In this document: positions 1-10,067 of the stretch, one piece after another
Layout: every line of letters begins with the position of its first letter
Numbering within the stretch: position 1 is the first letter of the stretch
The notes under the pieces: model-generated
Told to the model about the DNA's origin: nothing
Seen by the model: the letters and a program-made list of their open reading frames with translations, nothing else
The model's database searches: none
Made by a program: the position numbers and the translations under genes
NCBI GenBank assembly: GCA_963555815.3
Contig: CAUVWX020000002.1
Location: 320,001-384,000, forward strand
DNA: 64,000 nucleotides
Source: a bacterium
GTDB lineage: Bacteria > UBA8248 > JACPRG01 > G963555815
Direction: 5' to 3'

Positions 1-189
1 ATCTTCCCAGGCACCGATGGCCTCGTCCACATCTCCCAACTCGCACCGGGGCGGGTCAACAAGGTGACCGACGTTCTTAACGAGGGGGATGAGGTCATGG
101 TGAAAGTCCTTGAGGTCGACCGCCAGGGGAAGATCCGGCTTAGTCGAAAGGATGCCCTCTCGGCTCAAGATCAGCTGACAAAATCCTAG
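1..189 (+). CDS. pnp: Polyribonucleotide nucleotidyltransferase, C-terminal S1 domain (5' partial)
   Basis: Frame 1 reads [50 protein letters not shown]...TKS*, the PNPase S1 signature ([17 protein letters not shown]). Confidence 0.9.
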   Translation: MFPGTDGLVHISQLAPGRVNKVTDVLNEGDEVMVKVLEVDRQGKIRLSRKDALSAQDQLTKS

Positions 190-223
190 CCGCCCATTTC
201 ATCCGGGTAGGATCAAAAGAAAT

Positions 224-263
224 AAGGTGGTTGAGGGAATATTTTCCCTTGGCCACCTTTTTT
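224..263 (+). terminator. Rho-independent terminator after pnp
   Basis: AAGGTGGTTGAGGGAA pairs with TTCCCTTGGCCACCTT (with G-U pairs), followed by a T run. Confidence 0.8.
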
Positions 264-405
264 AGTTTGTAGTGCCAGTGGTTTCCTGTGGGGAGAAGTT
301 TCGGTTGAGTTTTTCGGGGTTAGCCAGCAAAATAATAAAATCAAAGGGTTTCAGGGCAAACCTGAGTTTTAGGGATCCTGAAGTGAATCGGTTCCTTTTT
401 AGGGG

Positions 406-1551
406 ATGCCGCCCACTCTGATGAGAGCCTTTTGCAGGATTTGCTTGGTGGCGATCGCTTTCGTTTTGCTCTTTTTTGTCCCCTCCCTTTTATCTGCCCA
501 ATCGGTCCTGGATTTGATGCTTCGTGGCCAGCGGCTTAATTTTCAGGGCCGCCACGAAGAGGCCGTTCCACTCCTGAAACAGGCCCTGGGCCTCAATCCC
601 GATCACCTCTTTGCCCGAAGCCAACTCGCCCTGGCCTACGCCAAGCTGGAGCGGAGGGGCGAGGCCGTCACAGAGTTTCGAGAAATCCTCAGGCGGGACC
701 CTGAGGACTTTTTTGCCCGGACCTGGATCGGGATCCTCACCGAGCGGCCTCTGGAGAAGAAGCCCGAGGCCCCGCGCGAACTCTCACCCCTGCAGAGGGC
801 GGCCATTGAGGAGGAGCGCCTGCTTCTGAGTCGACTCGAGGGAGGGGAGGGGCTTCTTCGCCTTCAGATAAATCGCGTGGTCATCGACGCCGGCCACGGG
901 GGACAGGATGCGGGGGCGGTGGGCCCCTCGGGCTACGCCGAGAAAGAGGCCACGCTGGACATCTCCCGGCGACTCAAGGCCCTGTTGGATTCTCGGACCA
1001 ACGTGAAGAGCTTCCTTACGCGCGATGGTGACTATTTTCTTCCGCTCAGTGAACGGACCACCGTCGCCAACCAGTATCGAGCCGATATTTTTATGAACAT
1101 CCACATCAACTCCAATGAGAATCGCGCCGCCCATGGAACTCAGACCTTCTTCGCCTCCGAGAAGGCCTCCAGCGCCGAAGCGGCCCGGGTGGCTTCCAAG
1201 GAGAATGCCATCGCCAAGGAGGAAGAGGAGTTCCAACAAAGGCCTGATTTCATCGACATCGAAAACATCCTATTTCAGTTTGAACGAAAGCTCTATTGGT
1301 CCGACAGCAGCGAATTCGCGGAGACGATCCAGGACGGCACGGGGGCCCAATTGGGGCTGAAGGACCGGGGCGTAGCGTCGGCCAACTTCTTCGTCCTTCG
1401 GGACGCCAGGATGCCCTCCATTCTCGTAGAGGTCGCCTTCATCTCAAATGAGCAGGAGGAGAGACTGCTGCGTCAGCCCTCTTTCAGGCAGAAGGTGGCC
1501 GAAACCCTCCTTTCGCAGATCCAGGGCTATCGCAGGGTGAGCCAGCAATGA
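406..1551 (+). CDS. N-acetylmuramoyl-L-alanine amidase (Amidase_3) with signal peptide and N-terminal TPR
   Basis: IDAGHGG, EKEATL, IHIN and LVEVAFISN Zn-amidase motifs; TPR-like helices at about residues 35-110; hydrophobic N-terminus. Confidence 0.9.
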   Translation: MPPTLMRAFCRICLVAIAFVLLFFVPSLLSAQSVLDLMLRGQRLNFQGRHEEAVPLLKQALGLNPDHLFARSQLALAYAKLERRGEAVTEFREILRRDPEDFFARTWIGILTERPLEKKPEAPRELSPLQRAAIEEERLLLSRLEGGEGLLRLQINRVVIDAGHGGQDAGAVGPSGYAEKEATLDISRRLKALLDSRTNVKSFLTRDGDYFLPLSERTTVANQYRADIFMNIHINSNENRAAHGTQTFFASEKASSAEAARVASKENAIAKEEEEFQQRPDFIDIENILFQFERKLYWSDSSEFAETIQDGTGAQLGLKDRGVASANFFVLRDARMPSILVEVAFISNEQEERLLRQPSFRQKVAETLLSQIQGYRRVSQQ

Positions 1552-2403
1552 AGACTCTACAGGGGGGCACAAGAGCGCTCTTCGTCCTGGGGGGGGCTTT
1601 TCCTCTTGACAGGTGTCGCCTTCGCCCAGGGGGGAGGGCCTCTCGTTTTTGAGGCGGCACGGGAACATTTCAAGGGAAATCTCCCAAGGGCCCTCGAACT
1701 TTTCCAGGAGGTGGCCGTCCGGGATCCTCAGAACACCTATGCCCAGAATCAGCTGGGCCTCATCTATGCCAAGCAGGAGCGGCCTCAGGAGGCCCTCCGG
1801 GCCTTTGAACGGGTCAAGACCCAGGACCCCCTGAACACCTTTGCGCGGCTCTGGATAGAGATCCTTCGCCTCAAGCTGGGGCAGATGGGCCAAGCCTTCT
1901 CCGAATTCGAGGAGGTCCTCTCTGTGGACCCGGAAAACGCGGACGCGCACTACTATCTGGGGGCCATCTACAACATCCGGCGAAATCGGCGGGCCGCCAT
2001 CGTGGAGTTGAAGAAGGCCAGAGACGCAAACTCTCAAGAGCCGGACACCCATTTCCGGTTGGCCCAGGCCTTTCATAACGCCGACATGGTGCAAAACGCC
2101 CTCCTAGAATATACTCGTACCATTGAGCTCAACCCCAAGCACACCAAGGCCATGAACAATATGGGGTGGATTCACTACAACCGGGGAGAGAGGGAAGGGG
2201 CGGTGGCCCTTTGGCAAAAAGTCCTTACCCTGAACCCTCAAGATCGAGAGGCGCGAGGAAACCTGGCTAGGGCCTTCAATGACCAGGCAAGAGAATTCGA
2301 TCAGTCTGGGAGGAGGGGGGAGGCCAGGGCTTACTGGCAAAGAACGCTTCAGGTGGATCCGAAGAACAAAGCGGCCAAGTGGAACCTGGCCCATCTGAAT
2401 TGA
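1548..2403 (+). CDS. Exported multi-TPR protein (apparent +1 frameshift in G8 run at 1589-1596)
   Basis: ATG at 1548 overlaps the amidase stop (ATGA). Removing one G gives a signal peptide MKTLQGGTRALFVLGGLFLLTGVAFAQ joined to the 1606-2403 ORF, which has several TPR repeats (AQNQLGLIY, AHYYLGAIY, AMNNMGWIHY). Confidence 0.8.
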
Positions 2404-2416
2404 AGGAGGAAAAACG

Positions 2417-3354
2417 ATGAGTTGGGCAAAGATGCGCTGGGCAATATTTCTATCAACAGCGATCCTTCTCTCGGGGGCGGGTTTGAGCTTCGCCCAACCC
2501 CCTGGCTTGGTGGTTGATCCCCTTCACCGGACGATGAAGCTTGAAGGGGGAGATGCCATCATTGACTGGAGGGAGGGCTACATCCAGGTGACGGCCATCG
2601 GGGTTGCCGACCCCGCGCTGGTCGTCAATCGCAGCCACGAGCGAATATTGGCCACGAAAACGGCGCGTCTTCGGGCCTATGAAAAGCTTGGGGAGATCCT
2701 GAATGGAGTCACCGTTGATTCTCAAGGCATCCTTGGTGAGGAGCTCCTGAGAAGCAGCACACTCGCTTCCTCTATGACGGCCACCATCAGAAATGCCCAG
2801 ATCATCGAAGAGCATCTGAGATTAATCCCGAGGATGGCTCCATCATGGGATTCGTCACCGTAGCGGTCCTGACGCGGAACCTCAACCGGCCCATCGTTGA
2901 GCACATCCTCACCACGAGGCCGCCTCCAGCCCCTGAGAGGATCTATGTCCTTCCCCCCCCCGACTCCGGTCGAGACAGCGCCGACTCCTGCCCCTACCCC
3001 GACTGGGCCGGTCCCCACGGGCCTCATCGTGGATGCGTCGGGTCTCGGGGGAGATGCATCCATCGCCATCTCGCTTCTGACTCACCCTGATCGTAAGGTG
3101 GTCTACGGTCCCAACCTGGTGGACCGGGAGGTGGCGTTTAACATCGGTCTTGCGCAGTACCACGGAAGCGTAGAAGCCGCCTAGCAGGAAATCGAGCTTT
3201 TGGGGGACAACCCCATGATTGTGCGGGCAGTGAGCGTAGAGGGGAAAAATCGGGCGGATTACCTCATCTCGAAGGAGGATGCCCAGCGGGTGAAACTGGC
3301 CGACCTGGACGGGGGGTTCCTCCGGCAGTGCAAGGTCGGGTCATCCTGAATTAA
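2417..3354 (+). pseudogene. LPP20-like exported protein, interrupted (frameshifts at about 2818, 2953-2961 and about 3340; in-frame TAG at 3182-3184)
   Basis: Signal peptide; IDWREGYIQVTAIG...ARLRAYEKLGEILNGVTVDS; Pro/Thr linker; TGLIVDASGLG...VYG...GDNPMIVRA...FLRQCKV continues across frames and past the TAG. Confidence 0.65.
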
Positions 3355-3375
3355 GGACCCAACGGGAGGGGAGGG

Positions 3376-4536
3376 GTGACACGGGTTCGGCCACCCTTGA
3401 AGAAAACTACCTGCGCATTCTGTAGATTGGGCAAGGGAGGGGTCTTTCTCTTCCTCGCGCTGCTTCTTGGGTCCCCGGGAGGGGTGGCGGCTCAGGAGAA
3501 TGAGACCCAGCGTGTCCGGGCGGCCGGGATCGGAAGCATCATCGACCAGGACGTGGCCCAGGCCCGAGACCAAGCCATCGCCGATGCCCGGGTAAAGGCC
3601 CTGGAAAAGGCCGTCGGGGTCTACGTCGAATCAGAGACCCTTCTGAAGAACGAGCTCCTTCTCGATTCGGCCATCCGGGACCAGACAGCCGGCTTCATCC
3701 AGGATTACCAGGTTCTATCGGAGACCGAACACCAGGACGAAGACCTCTATAAGCTCGAGATCGAGGCTCAGGTCGTCCCGAGGGAGTTCCAGGGCAAGCT
3801 CAAGGGCCTTTTGAGCAATGTCTCCATCATTGTCCAGATTCAAGAAACGCTGTGTCAGCGGGCCGTGGATGCCCCGCGCGTGGAAAATGAGGTCATCAAC
3901 CGCCTGACGGCAGAGGGCTTTCAGGTTCTGGACCAGGAGCAGGCCCGACGCCTCAACCGCCGTGACGTGGAGCTCGTGGCCCTCCATGGAGACCGTGAGG
4001 CCGCCGCCCGGATGGGCCTAAAATTCCTTTCCAATATTATTGTTTCCGGGGTTGCCGAGGCCCACTTTGGGCAGGAGACGAGCGGGATTGTCTCTCCACG
4101 GATTGAGGGCTTCGTCCGCGTGATTGAGGCCGACACAGCCCGGATCTTGGCCAATCAGCGGATGCCCTCCCGGGTCCCAGGCGCTTTTGGCCTGAATTGT
4201 GAGGACGCAGGCGGAAAGGCGCTGGATAAGCTTGCATTGGACACAGCAGAGGTTATCCTGGAAAAGCTCAAGGAACATTTTAGGGAGAACCAACGCCGCA
4301 TCACGCTTGAAGCCACTGGACTGAAAAACCTCAATGACTTTCGAAGGCTGAAGGCGTTCCTGGGGGAGCTTCGTTGGGTGAGCGAGGTGGAGGAGGGGAT
4401 CTTTCAGGGCCCCACGGGCCGTGTCCCCCTAATATATCCTGAAAAAATCGTCTATCTGGCGACCAGTCTAAACCGAAGGCCCGAGTATAAGCTCATCTCC
4501 TTCGACGAAAACAGCATCTTCCTAAGGGTCCAATAA
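3376..4536 (+). CDS. Exported protein with FlgT N-terminal-like domain followed by a CsgG/TolB-N-like domain
   Basis: Signal peptide then VRAAGIG...ARDQAIADARVKALEKAVGVYVESET...GFIQDYQVLSE...YKLEIEAQV. Confidence 0.65.
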   Translation: MTRVRPPLKKTTCAFCRLGKGGVFLFLALLLGSPGGVAAQENETQRVRAAGIGSIIDQDVAQARDQAIADARVKALEKAVGVYVESETLLKNELLLDSAIRDQTAGFIQDYQVLSETEHQDEDLYKLEIEAQVVPREFQGKLKGLLSNVSIIVQIQETLCQRAVDAPRVENEVINRLTAEGFQVLDQEQARRLNRRDVELVALHGDREAAARMGLKFLSNIIVSGVAEAHFGQETSGIVSPRIEGFVRVIEADTARILANQRMPSRVPGAFGLNCEDAGGKALDKLALDTAEVILEKLKEHFRENQRRITLEATGLKNLNDFRRLKAFLGELRWVSEVEEGIFQGPTGRVPLIYPEKIVYLATSLNRRPEYKLISFDENSIFLRVQ

Positions 4537-4593
4537 GGAGCCTTCCCCATCCCCTGTTTTCAATCCAGGGGTTAGAGGGGCTGAATACACGCC

Positions 4594-6157
4594 ATGCGTC
4601 GCCTCGCCTTTCCCGTCTTATTTCTTGCCTTTCTGCTGCCGACCCCTTTAAGGGCTGAGGAGGCCCACAGGGAGCTTCGCCCAGTTCTGCGGATGGTCGA
4701 AGGGGGCCAGTATCTGGAAGCTGTGGGCCTCTTGAAGGAAGTGATCGAGGTCGCCCGGGACCCTCTTCTTAGGGCTCAAGGCCTGAAGGTCGAGGGAGAC
4801 ATCCTGAGCTACTGGCTGGACCAGCCCCAGGCCGCCCTGAAGGCCTATCAGGGGGCCTTGCAGGGGGACCTCCTTGAAGAGGACCGGGCGGCCGCCCTCT
4901 TCAACTTGGCGATGATCCATTATCAGAGCCGTCGCTACCGGGAAGCCGAGACCGCCTTCCAGGGTTACCTCTCCGAATTTCCCTCCCACCTGAGGACCCA
5001 AACCGCCCGTTTTCTCCTCGGCCGGGCTCAGCGCCGGGCCAAGGAGCCTCCCAAAGCGCTCCCCCCCCTCTCTGAGACCAAGCCCAGCGCCCCCCAGGAC
5101 AGGCCCGAGCAGGAGATCGTGGTGGCCGTCCTGAAGGGAGTCCCTTCTGCCACTATCGAGGCCGAGGCGGAAATCCTCCTTCGTCTGCCTCAAGGCGGAG
5201 AGAGGGTTTTTAGAAGCCCCCTTAGGGTCACGCTGAGGGAGGGGGAGATCCGGGTTGGGGGGCAATCTGTGCCAGATGGGGCAGAGGTGGAATCCCGCGC
5301 GGGAAGGCTAAAACTCGAGGGGAAGTCCTATCGCGGGGTGCTCATCCTTGGGAGAGGGAAGGGGGGGCCTCCTCGTTCTGAACCGTCTTGGGGTGGATGC
5401 CTATGTGAAGGGTGTGGTCCCGAAAGAAATGTTGGCAAGCTGGCCCTTAGAGGCTCTTAAAGCTCAGGCGGTTGCCGCTCGCACCTACGTCCTCTATCAG
5501 GTGGGAAAACGCCGAGACCAGAGCTACCACGTCGACGCGACCGTGCGCTCTCAGGTTTATGGGGGGGCAGAGGCGGAGCGGGAGGTCTCGAGCCGGGCTG
5601 TGGAGGAGACGCGGGGAGAGGTCCTCACTTATGAGGGGAAGCCCATCATCGCTTATTTCCACGCCCATAGCGGTGGCTTTACAGAAGATGCGGGCTCCGT
5701 GTGGGGAGTCAGCCTGCCCTATCTTCAGGCGGTCCGAGACCCCTACAGCATCGAGGCAGGGGAACAACAGTGGGAGCACGCCATTGCTCTCTCTGACCTC
5801 TCGGCTCTTGTTCAACAGGGGAGGGGGGGGATCGGGACGGTGCAAGACGTTTTGTCTGTTGAGCGAAGTGCCTCCGGGCGAATTGAATCTGTCCGCTTGG
5901 TGGGCGTGCAGGGGGACAACCGTTTGAGCGGCAACAGCTTTCGCCTGAAAGTGGGGGCCGGGAAGATGCGAAGTACGTTGGCGAACTTCCGCCTTTCGGG
6001 GCAAAACCTTCGCGTGTCAGGTCAAGGCTTTGGTCACGGTGTTGGGATGAGCCAGTGGGGCGCTTATGCCATGTCTAAAAGAGGGATGAGTTACCGCGAG
6101 ATCCTGTCCTTCTATTATCCGGGGGCGGTCCTTGAACGTTTTTCCTCTGAGCCTTAG
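4594..6157 (+). CDS. TPR + SpoIID/LytB lytic transglycosylase (apparent +1 frameshift in G7 run at 5361-5367)
   Basis: ORFs 4594-5460 and 5348-6157 join at YRGVLILGRGKGG/LLVLNRL; SpoIID motifs YVKGVVPKEM, EALKAQAVAARTY, SQVYGG, FHAHSGG, GFGHGVGMSQWGA. Confidence 0.85.
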
Positions 6158-6216
6158 CCCTCCGCACAGATACGCGTTCCCGGCACAGTTGTTTTTTCCT
6201 CAGGCTCGTTGAGGAT

Positions 6217-6245
6217 CTGCCACTACCGCCCGTCAGGTGTATAAT
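6217..6245 (+). promoter_or_regulatory. Putative sigma70 promoter for the PHP gene
   Basis: CTGCCA-17 nt-TATAAT. Confidence 0.4.
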
Positions 6246-6298
6246 GGCGCCCCACACGGGTAGATTGGCGGATTTCCTTGCGAGGAAAGAGACATCCT

Positions 6299-6949
6299 TT
6301 GATCGATCTTCATACCCACAGCCTTTTCAGCGATGGGGTTCTCGTTCCCTCGGAACTCCTTTGGCGGGCGGAGGCCAAGGGGATTGAGGCTCTTGCCATC
6401 ACCGACCACGTGGACGCCTCCAACGTCGACTTCGTTGTCCCCCGGCTGGCCCAGGTCTGCCAGGACGTGGCCGCTCACCTTTCCGTTCGACCTATCCCGG
6501 GCGCTGAGATTACCCATGCCCCACCGGCCACCATTGCGGGCCTGGTGAAGCGGGCCCGAAAGCTGGGGGCAAAGATCGTGACGGTCCACGGCGAGACCAT
6601 CACCGAGCCTGTCCGCGAGGGAACCAACCGGGCCGCCCTCATGTCCGAGATCGACTTTCTGGCCCATCCGGGCCTCATCACCCTCGAGGAGGTGAAACTC
6701 GCCCTCGAGCGGGGCATCCTGCTCGAGATCACAAGCCGCCGGGGCCACAGCCTCACCAATGGCCATGTGGCCCAGCTGGCCCGCGAGGCGGGGGTGGGTC
6801 TCATCGTCAACACTGATACCCATGGGCCCGGAGACCTCCTGGACGACCCCTCCGCCCGGGAGGTAGCCCTTGGGGCGGGGCTCTCCGAGGCCGAAGTGGC
6901 GGCCGCCTGGGCGCGCTCAAAGAACCTCGTTGCCCGCGCGCACCCCTAA
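6299..6949 (+). CDS. PHP-domain (histidinol phosphatase-like) protein
   Basis: DLHTHS, TDH, GAEITH, AHPG and NTDTH metal-binding motifs; TTG start chosen at 6299. Confidence 0.85.
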   Translation: MIDLHTHSLFSDGVLVPSELLWRAEAKGIEALAITDHVDASNVDFVVPRLAQVCQDVAAHLSVRPIPGAEITHAPPATIAGLVKRARKLGAKIVTVHGETITEPVREGTNRAALMSEIDFLAHPGLITLEEVKLALERGILLEITSRRGHSLTNGHVAQLAREAGVGLIVNTDTHGPGDLLDDPSAREVALGAGLSEAEVAAAWARSKNLVARAHP

Positions 6950-7034
6950 AGGCTCTGCTATCGCTTCAGCAAAATTATGCTAAGATCCTGATTTCATTAC
7001 TGAAATCTCTTATCTGTTTCTTTCAGGAGAGCGG

Positions 7035-7712
7035 TTGTCGATGCCAAAACGAAGGCTCCCTCAAACCGACGTGAAGTGGCCGGATCAGTTTCTTGTGTAT
7101 TTCGCAAGGCCCTATGAGTACGTTCGGACCCATACAGTCTTTGTGTCGATTCTCCTTGCAGCCGCCTTTGCCGTGGGGGGACTTGTCTGGGGTTATTCCG
7201 CTTTTCTATCGGCGAGAGACCAGCGGGCAGCCGCAGAGATGGCCGTGCTCCTCTCGATTGAGCCTCAGTCATCTCTCTTCCAGGAGTTCCTGGTGGAGCA
7301 CGGGAGCACCTCAAGTGCCCCCTTGGCCTGGCTCTATCTCGCTCACGAACAATATTCAGAAGGGGATTACCATGGGGCCCTCGGGAGCTATGAGCGGGCC
7401 ACCTCGTCGCGCCGGACATCGGACTACCTTGAAGACCAAGCCCTCCTCGGCAGGGCCTATTCCCTTGTGGGCCTGACGCGCTGTGAGGAGGCCGAAGCCC
7501 TGTTCCGCCAGTTTATTGCGCTTTCGGGACCCCTTCCCAAGGATGACGCCCTTCTTGCCATTGGTCGCTGCCACGAGGGGGCTCAAGACTGGGAGACGGC
7601 CCTCTTGCGCTATGAGGAGTTTCTGGAGAGCTATCCCGAGTCCCCCTTTGGGACTGAGCAGCTTCGGAGAACAGTGGAAGGGCTTCGGCAAAGGGTCCTT
7701 TTGGGGAAGTAA
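7035..7712 (+). CDS. Membrane-anchored TPR protein (YfgM-like)
   Basis: One TM segment (VFVSILLAAAFAVGGLVWGY) followed by TPR helices, ending FLESYPESPF. Confidence 0.7.
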   Translation: MSMPKRRLPQTDVKWPDQFLVYFARPYEYVRTHTVFVSILLAAAFAVGGLVWGYSAFLSARDQRAAAEMAVLLSIEPQSSLFQEFLVEHGSTSSAPLAWLYLAHEQYSEGDYHGALGSYERATSSRRTSDYLEDQALLGRAYSLVGLTRCEEAEALFRQFIALSGPLPKDDALLAIGRCHEGAQDWETALLRYEEFLESYPESPFGTEQLRRTVEGLRQRVLLGK

Positions 7713-7741
7713 TCCCCTGGGCTATTTTCGGTAATCACGTT

Positions 7742-7769
7742 ACTTCCGATAAGATATATTATGTTAAGT
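7742..7769. other. dif-like XerCD recombination site
   Basis: ACTTCCGATAA-GATATA-TTATGTTAAGT: 11-6-11 layout with a XerD arm one base from E. coli TTATGTTAAAT, in an AT-rich intergenic gap. Confidence 0.8.
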
Positions 7770-7851
7770 TGATATGGGGGCCTGGATGCCGCAGGGCCCA
7801 AAGTGCTTTCGAGCTTTTCTTAAAGTGATTTCGTAGCTTTATATCTGTTAA

Positions 7852-8673
7852 TCAAGAGAAATTAGGCCGTTGGGGTTTTCTGGAGTCGCAGAGGTGAGCC
7901 CGGGCCGCCCGGATGAGCGCCCGCACCTTTTCCGGGTCCACAGGGGACTGAATTCCCCCGATTTGCTTCAGAGCCGTTCCCACAATGGCTCCATCGGCAA
8001 TTTCGAGAAGGGAGGGGAGGTTTTTCGCCGAGATACCGCTCCCGATAAGGACCGGGGCGCCCTCAGAGACCTCTTTGACGGCCCTGAGGAGGTTTCTGTC
8101 CACAGGATGCCCCGTTTCCCTGCCTGAGACGATGAGGGCGTCAGAAAGGCCTCGGGACAGGAGGTTTTTTGCCTCCTGGGCGGGGTCGGCCCAAACCAGG
8201 GGCGAGGCGTGCTTGACGGAGATGTCGGCGAAGACAAGGATTCGGCCTCTTCGCAGGCGAAGGGTCTCGTGGGACCTTCCCTGCAGGATCCCCTGGTCTG
8301 TGGCAAGGGCGCCCACGTGGACATTGACCCGGATAAAGGAGGCCCCTGAGGCCTCAGCGACGGCGAGGGCACCCCGAGCATCGTTTCGAAGGACGTTAAT
8401 CCCAAAGGGGAGCCCAAACCTTCGAAGGTGGGTCGCCGCCTCCGTCATGGCTGCCAGAGAGATGGCCTCAACCCGCCTTGGAAAGTAGGGGGCATCCCCG
8501 AGATTTTCTAAAAGCAGTCCGTCCATTCCCCCTTGTGCGAGATGTTTGGCGTCCTCTAAGGCCAACTGCAGGACTTTTTTGAAATTGCCCCCGTATCCAG
8601 GGCTCCCTGGAAGGGGGGCCAGGTGAACCATCCCGATGAGGGGTTTCTGGCGTCCGAAGAGGGCCTTGAGCAT
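7852..8673 (-). CDS. BtpA/SgcQ family protein
   Basis: IGMVHL..LPGSP, ENLGDAPY, GINVLRND, ADISVKHA, IGSG. Confidence 0.9.
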   Translation of the reverse strand: MLKALFGRQKPLIGMVHLAPLPGSPGYGGNFKKVLQLALEDAKHLAQGGMDGLLLENLGDAPYFPRRVEAISLAAMTEAATHLRRFGLPFGINVLRNDARGALAVAEASGASFIRVNVHVGALATDQGILQGRSHETLRLRRGRILVFADISVKHASPLVWADPAQEAKNLLSRGLSDALIVSGRETGHPVDRNLLRAVKEVSEGAPVLIGSGISAKNLPSLLEIADGAIVGTALKQIGGIQSPVDPEKVRALIRAARAHLCDSRKPQRPNFS

Positions 8674-8791
8674 TATATTTGTCCCCTCCCCTTCTGCGCA
8701 GGAAAAGACGTACCCAGGAAGTCCGGGAATTGCCTGGGCGAGATTGCCCGGATATGATAACGGAGACGCCTTTGTTAGGAGAGGTGATTTA

Positions 8792-9988
8792 ATGAAGCCT
8801 CAAAAGACTCCTACCCTTTCGCCGGATGTGCAGGCTGTCTTCAAAGAGACAGTGAAGATCCGGCGAGACCTCCATCAACACCCAGAGCTCGGCTATCAGG
8901 AAGTCCGGACGTCAGCCAGGGTGGCGGAAATTTTAGAGGCCCTTGGTCTTGAGGTCAAGACAGGGGTCTCCAAGACAGGCGTGGTCGGTCTCCTTCAAGG
9001 AGAGCAGCCCGGAAAGACGATCCTCCTTCGGGCGGACATGGACGCGCTCCCCGTTCAGGAGGAGAATGAAACTTCCTATGCCTCGCAGAACCCCGGCGTG
9101 ATGCACGCCTGCGGCCATGACGGTCATACCTCAATGCTCCTCATGGCGGCGAAGGTCCTCACACAACGAAGAGGCCGCCTGAGGGGCAACGTCAAGTTCA
9201 TTTTTCAGCCCGCCGAAGAGGGTCCGGGGGGGGCAAAACCCATGATCGAGGCCGGGGTCTTGAACGACCCCCCCGTTGAGGCCGCCCTGGGCATCCATCT
9301 TTGGAATGACCTTCTCCTCGGGCAGATCGGCGTTCAGGCGGGCCCCATCATGGCCAACACGGACCAGTTCGAAATCATCATTCGAGGCAAGGGGGGCCAC
9401 GGCGCAAAACCTCAAGCGGCCGTTGACCCCATTGTGGCAGCCGCCCATGTGATCACGGCCCTTCAGACCCTCATCAGCCGCGAGCGGGATCCCCTGAAGG
9501 CCGTCGTCCTCTCCATCGGGGCCATCCAAGGGGGGGAGGCCTTCAACGTGATCCCATCCGAGGTAAAACTCCTCGGCACCGTGCGTACCCTTTCAGCAGA
9601 TCTCTTTGAGGCGATGCCGGGGAGGATCAAGCGGGTGGTTCAGGGAACGACTGCCGCGCTCGGGGCTGAGGGGGAGGTCCGATACACCCGCCTCTACCCC
9701 TCGACGGTCAACGACGCCCGCATGGCCGGGCTGGTCGAGGGTGTCGCCGCGAAGCTGGTTGGGGAGGAGGGGATCGTTCGCCATTCGGCCACCATGGGGG
9801 GCGAGGACATGTCCTTTTTCCTGAATGAGGTCCCGGGCTGCTACTTCTTCATCGGATCTTCCAACCCCGATCGTTCCCTCGACTACCCCCACCACCACCC
9901 CAGATTCGACTTCGACGAGGCTGCCCTGGGCGTTGGGATCGAGATGCTGACCCGGACCGCCGAGGCCTACCTGAACGAGAAGAGTTAG
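8792..9988 (+). CDS. M20 family amidohydrolase
   Basis: RRDLHQHPELG, LRADMDALP, MHACGHDGH, FQPAEE, GKGGHGA, MGGEDMS; ATG at 8792 after an AGGAGAGG RBS. Confidence 0.92.
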   Translation: MKPQKTPTLSPDVQAVFKETVKIRRDLHQHPELGYQEVRTSARVAEILEALGLEVKTGVSKTGVVGLLQGEQPGKTILLRADMDALPVQEENETSYASQNPGVMHACGHDGHTSMLLMAAKVLTQRRGRLRGNVKFIFQPAEEGPGGAKPMIEAGVLNDPPVEAALGIHLWNDLLLGQIGVQAGPIMANTDQFEIIIRGKGGHGAKPQAAVDPIVAAAHVITALQTLISRERDPLKAVVLSIGAIQGGEAFNVIPSEVKLLGTVRTLSADLFEAMPGRIKRVVQGTTAALGAEGEVRYTRLYPSTVNDARMAGLVEGVAAKLVGEEGIVRHSATMGGEDMSFFLNEVPGCYFFIGSSNPDRSLDYPHHHPRFDFDEAALGVGIEMLTRTAEAYLNEKS

Positions 9989-10067
9989 CCCGCTTCATCT
10001 GGGTGCGTGCTTGTCCCGCGCAATTTTTCCCCATGACTTCCGAAGTACAGACCGATAGGCCCTTTTC

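Noticed and set aside
345..385. GGGCAAACC hairpin upstream of the amidase as a c-di-GMP-I riboswitch
   Set aside because: Lacks the GAAA tetraloop stem and the following GCAAAG/P3 elements
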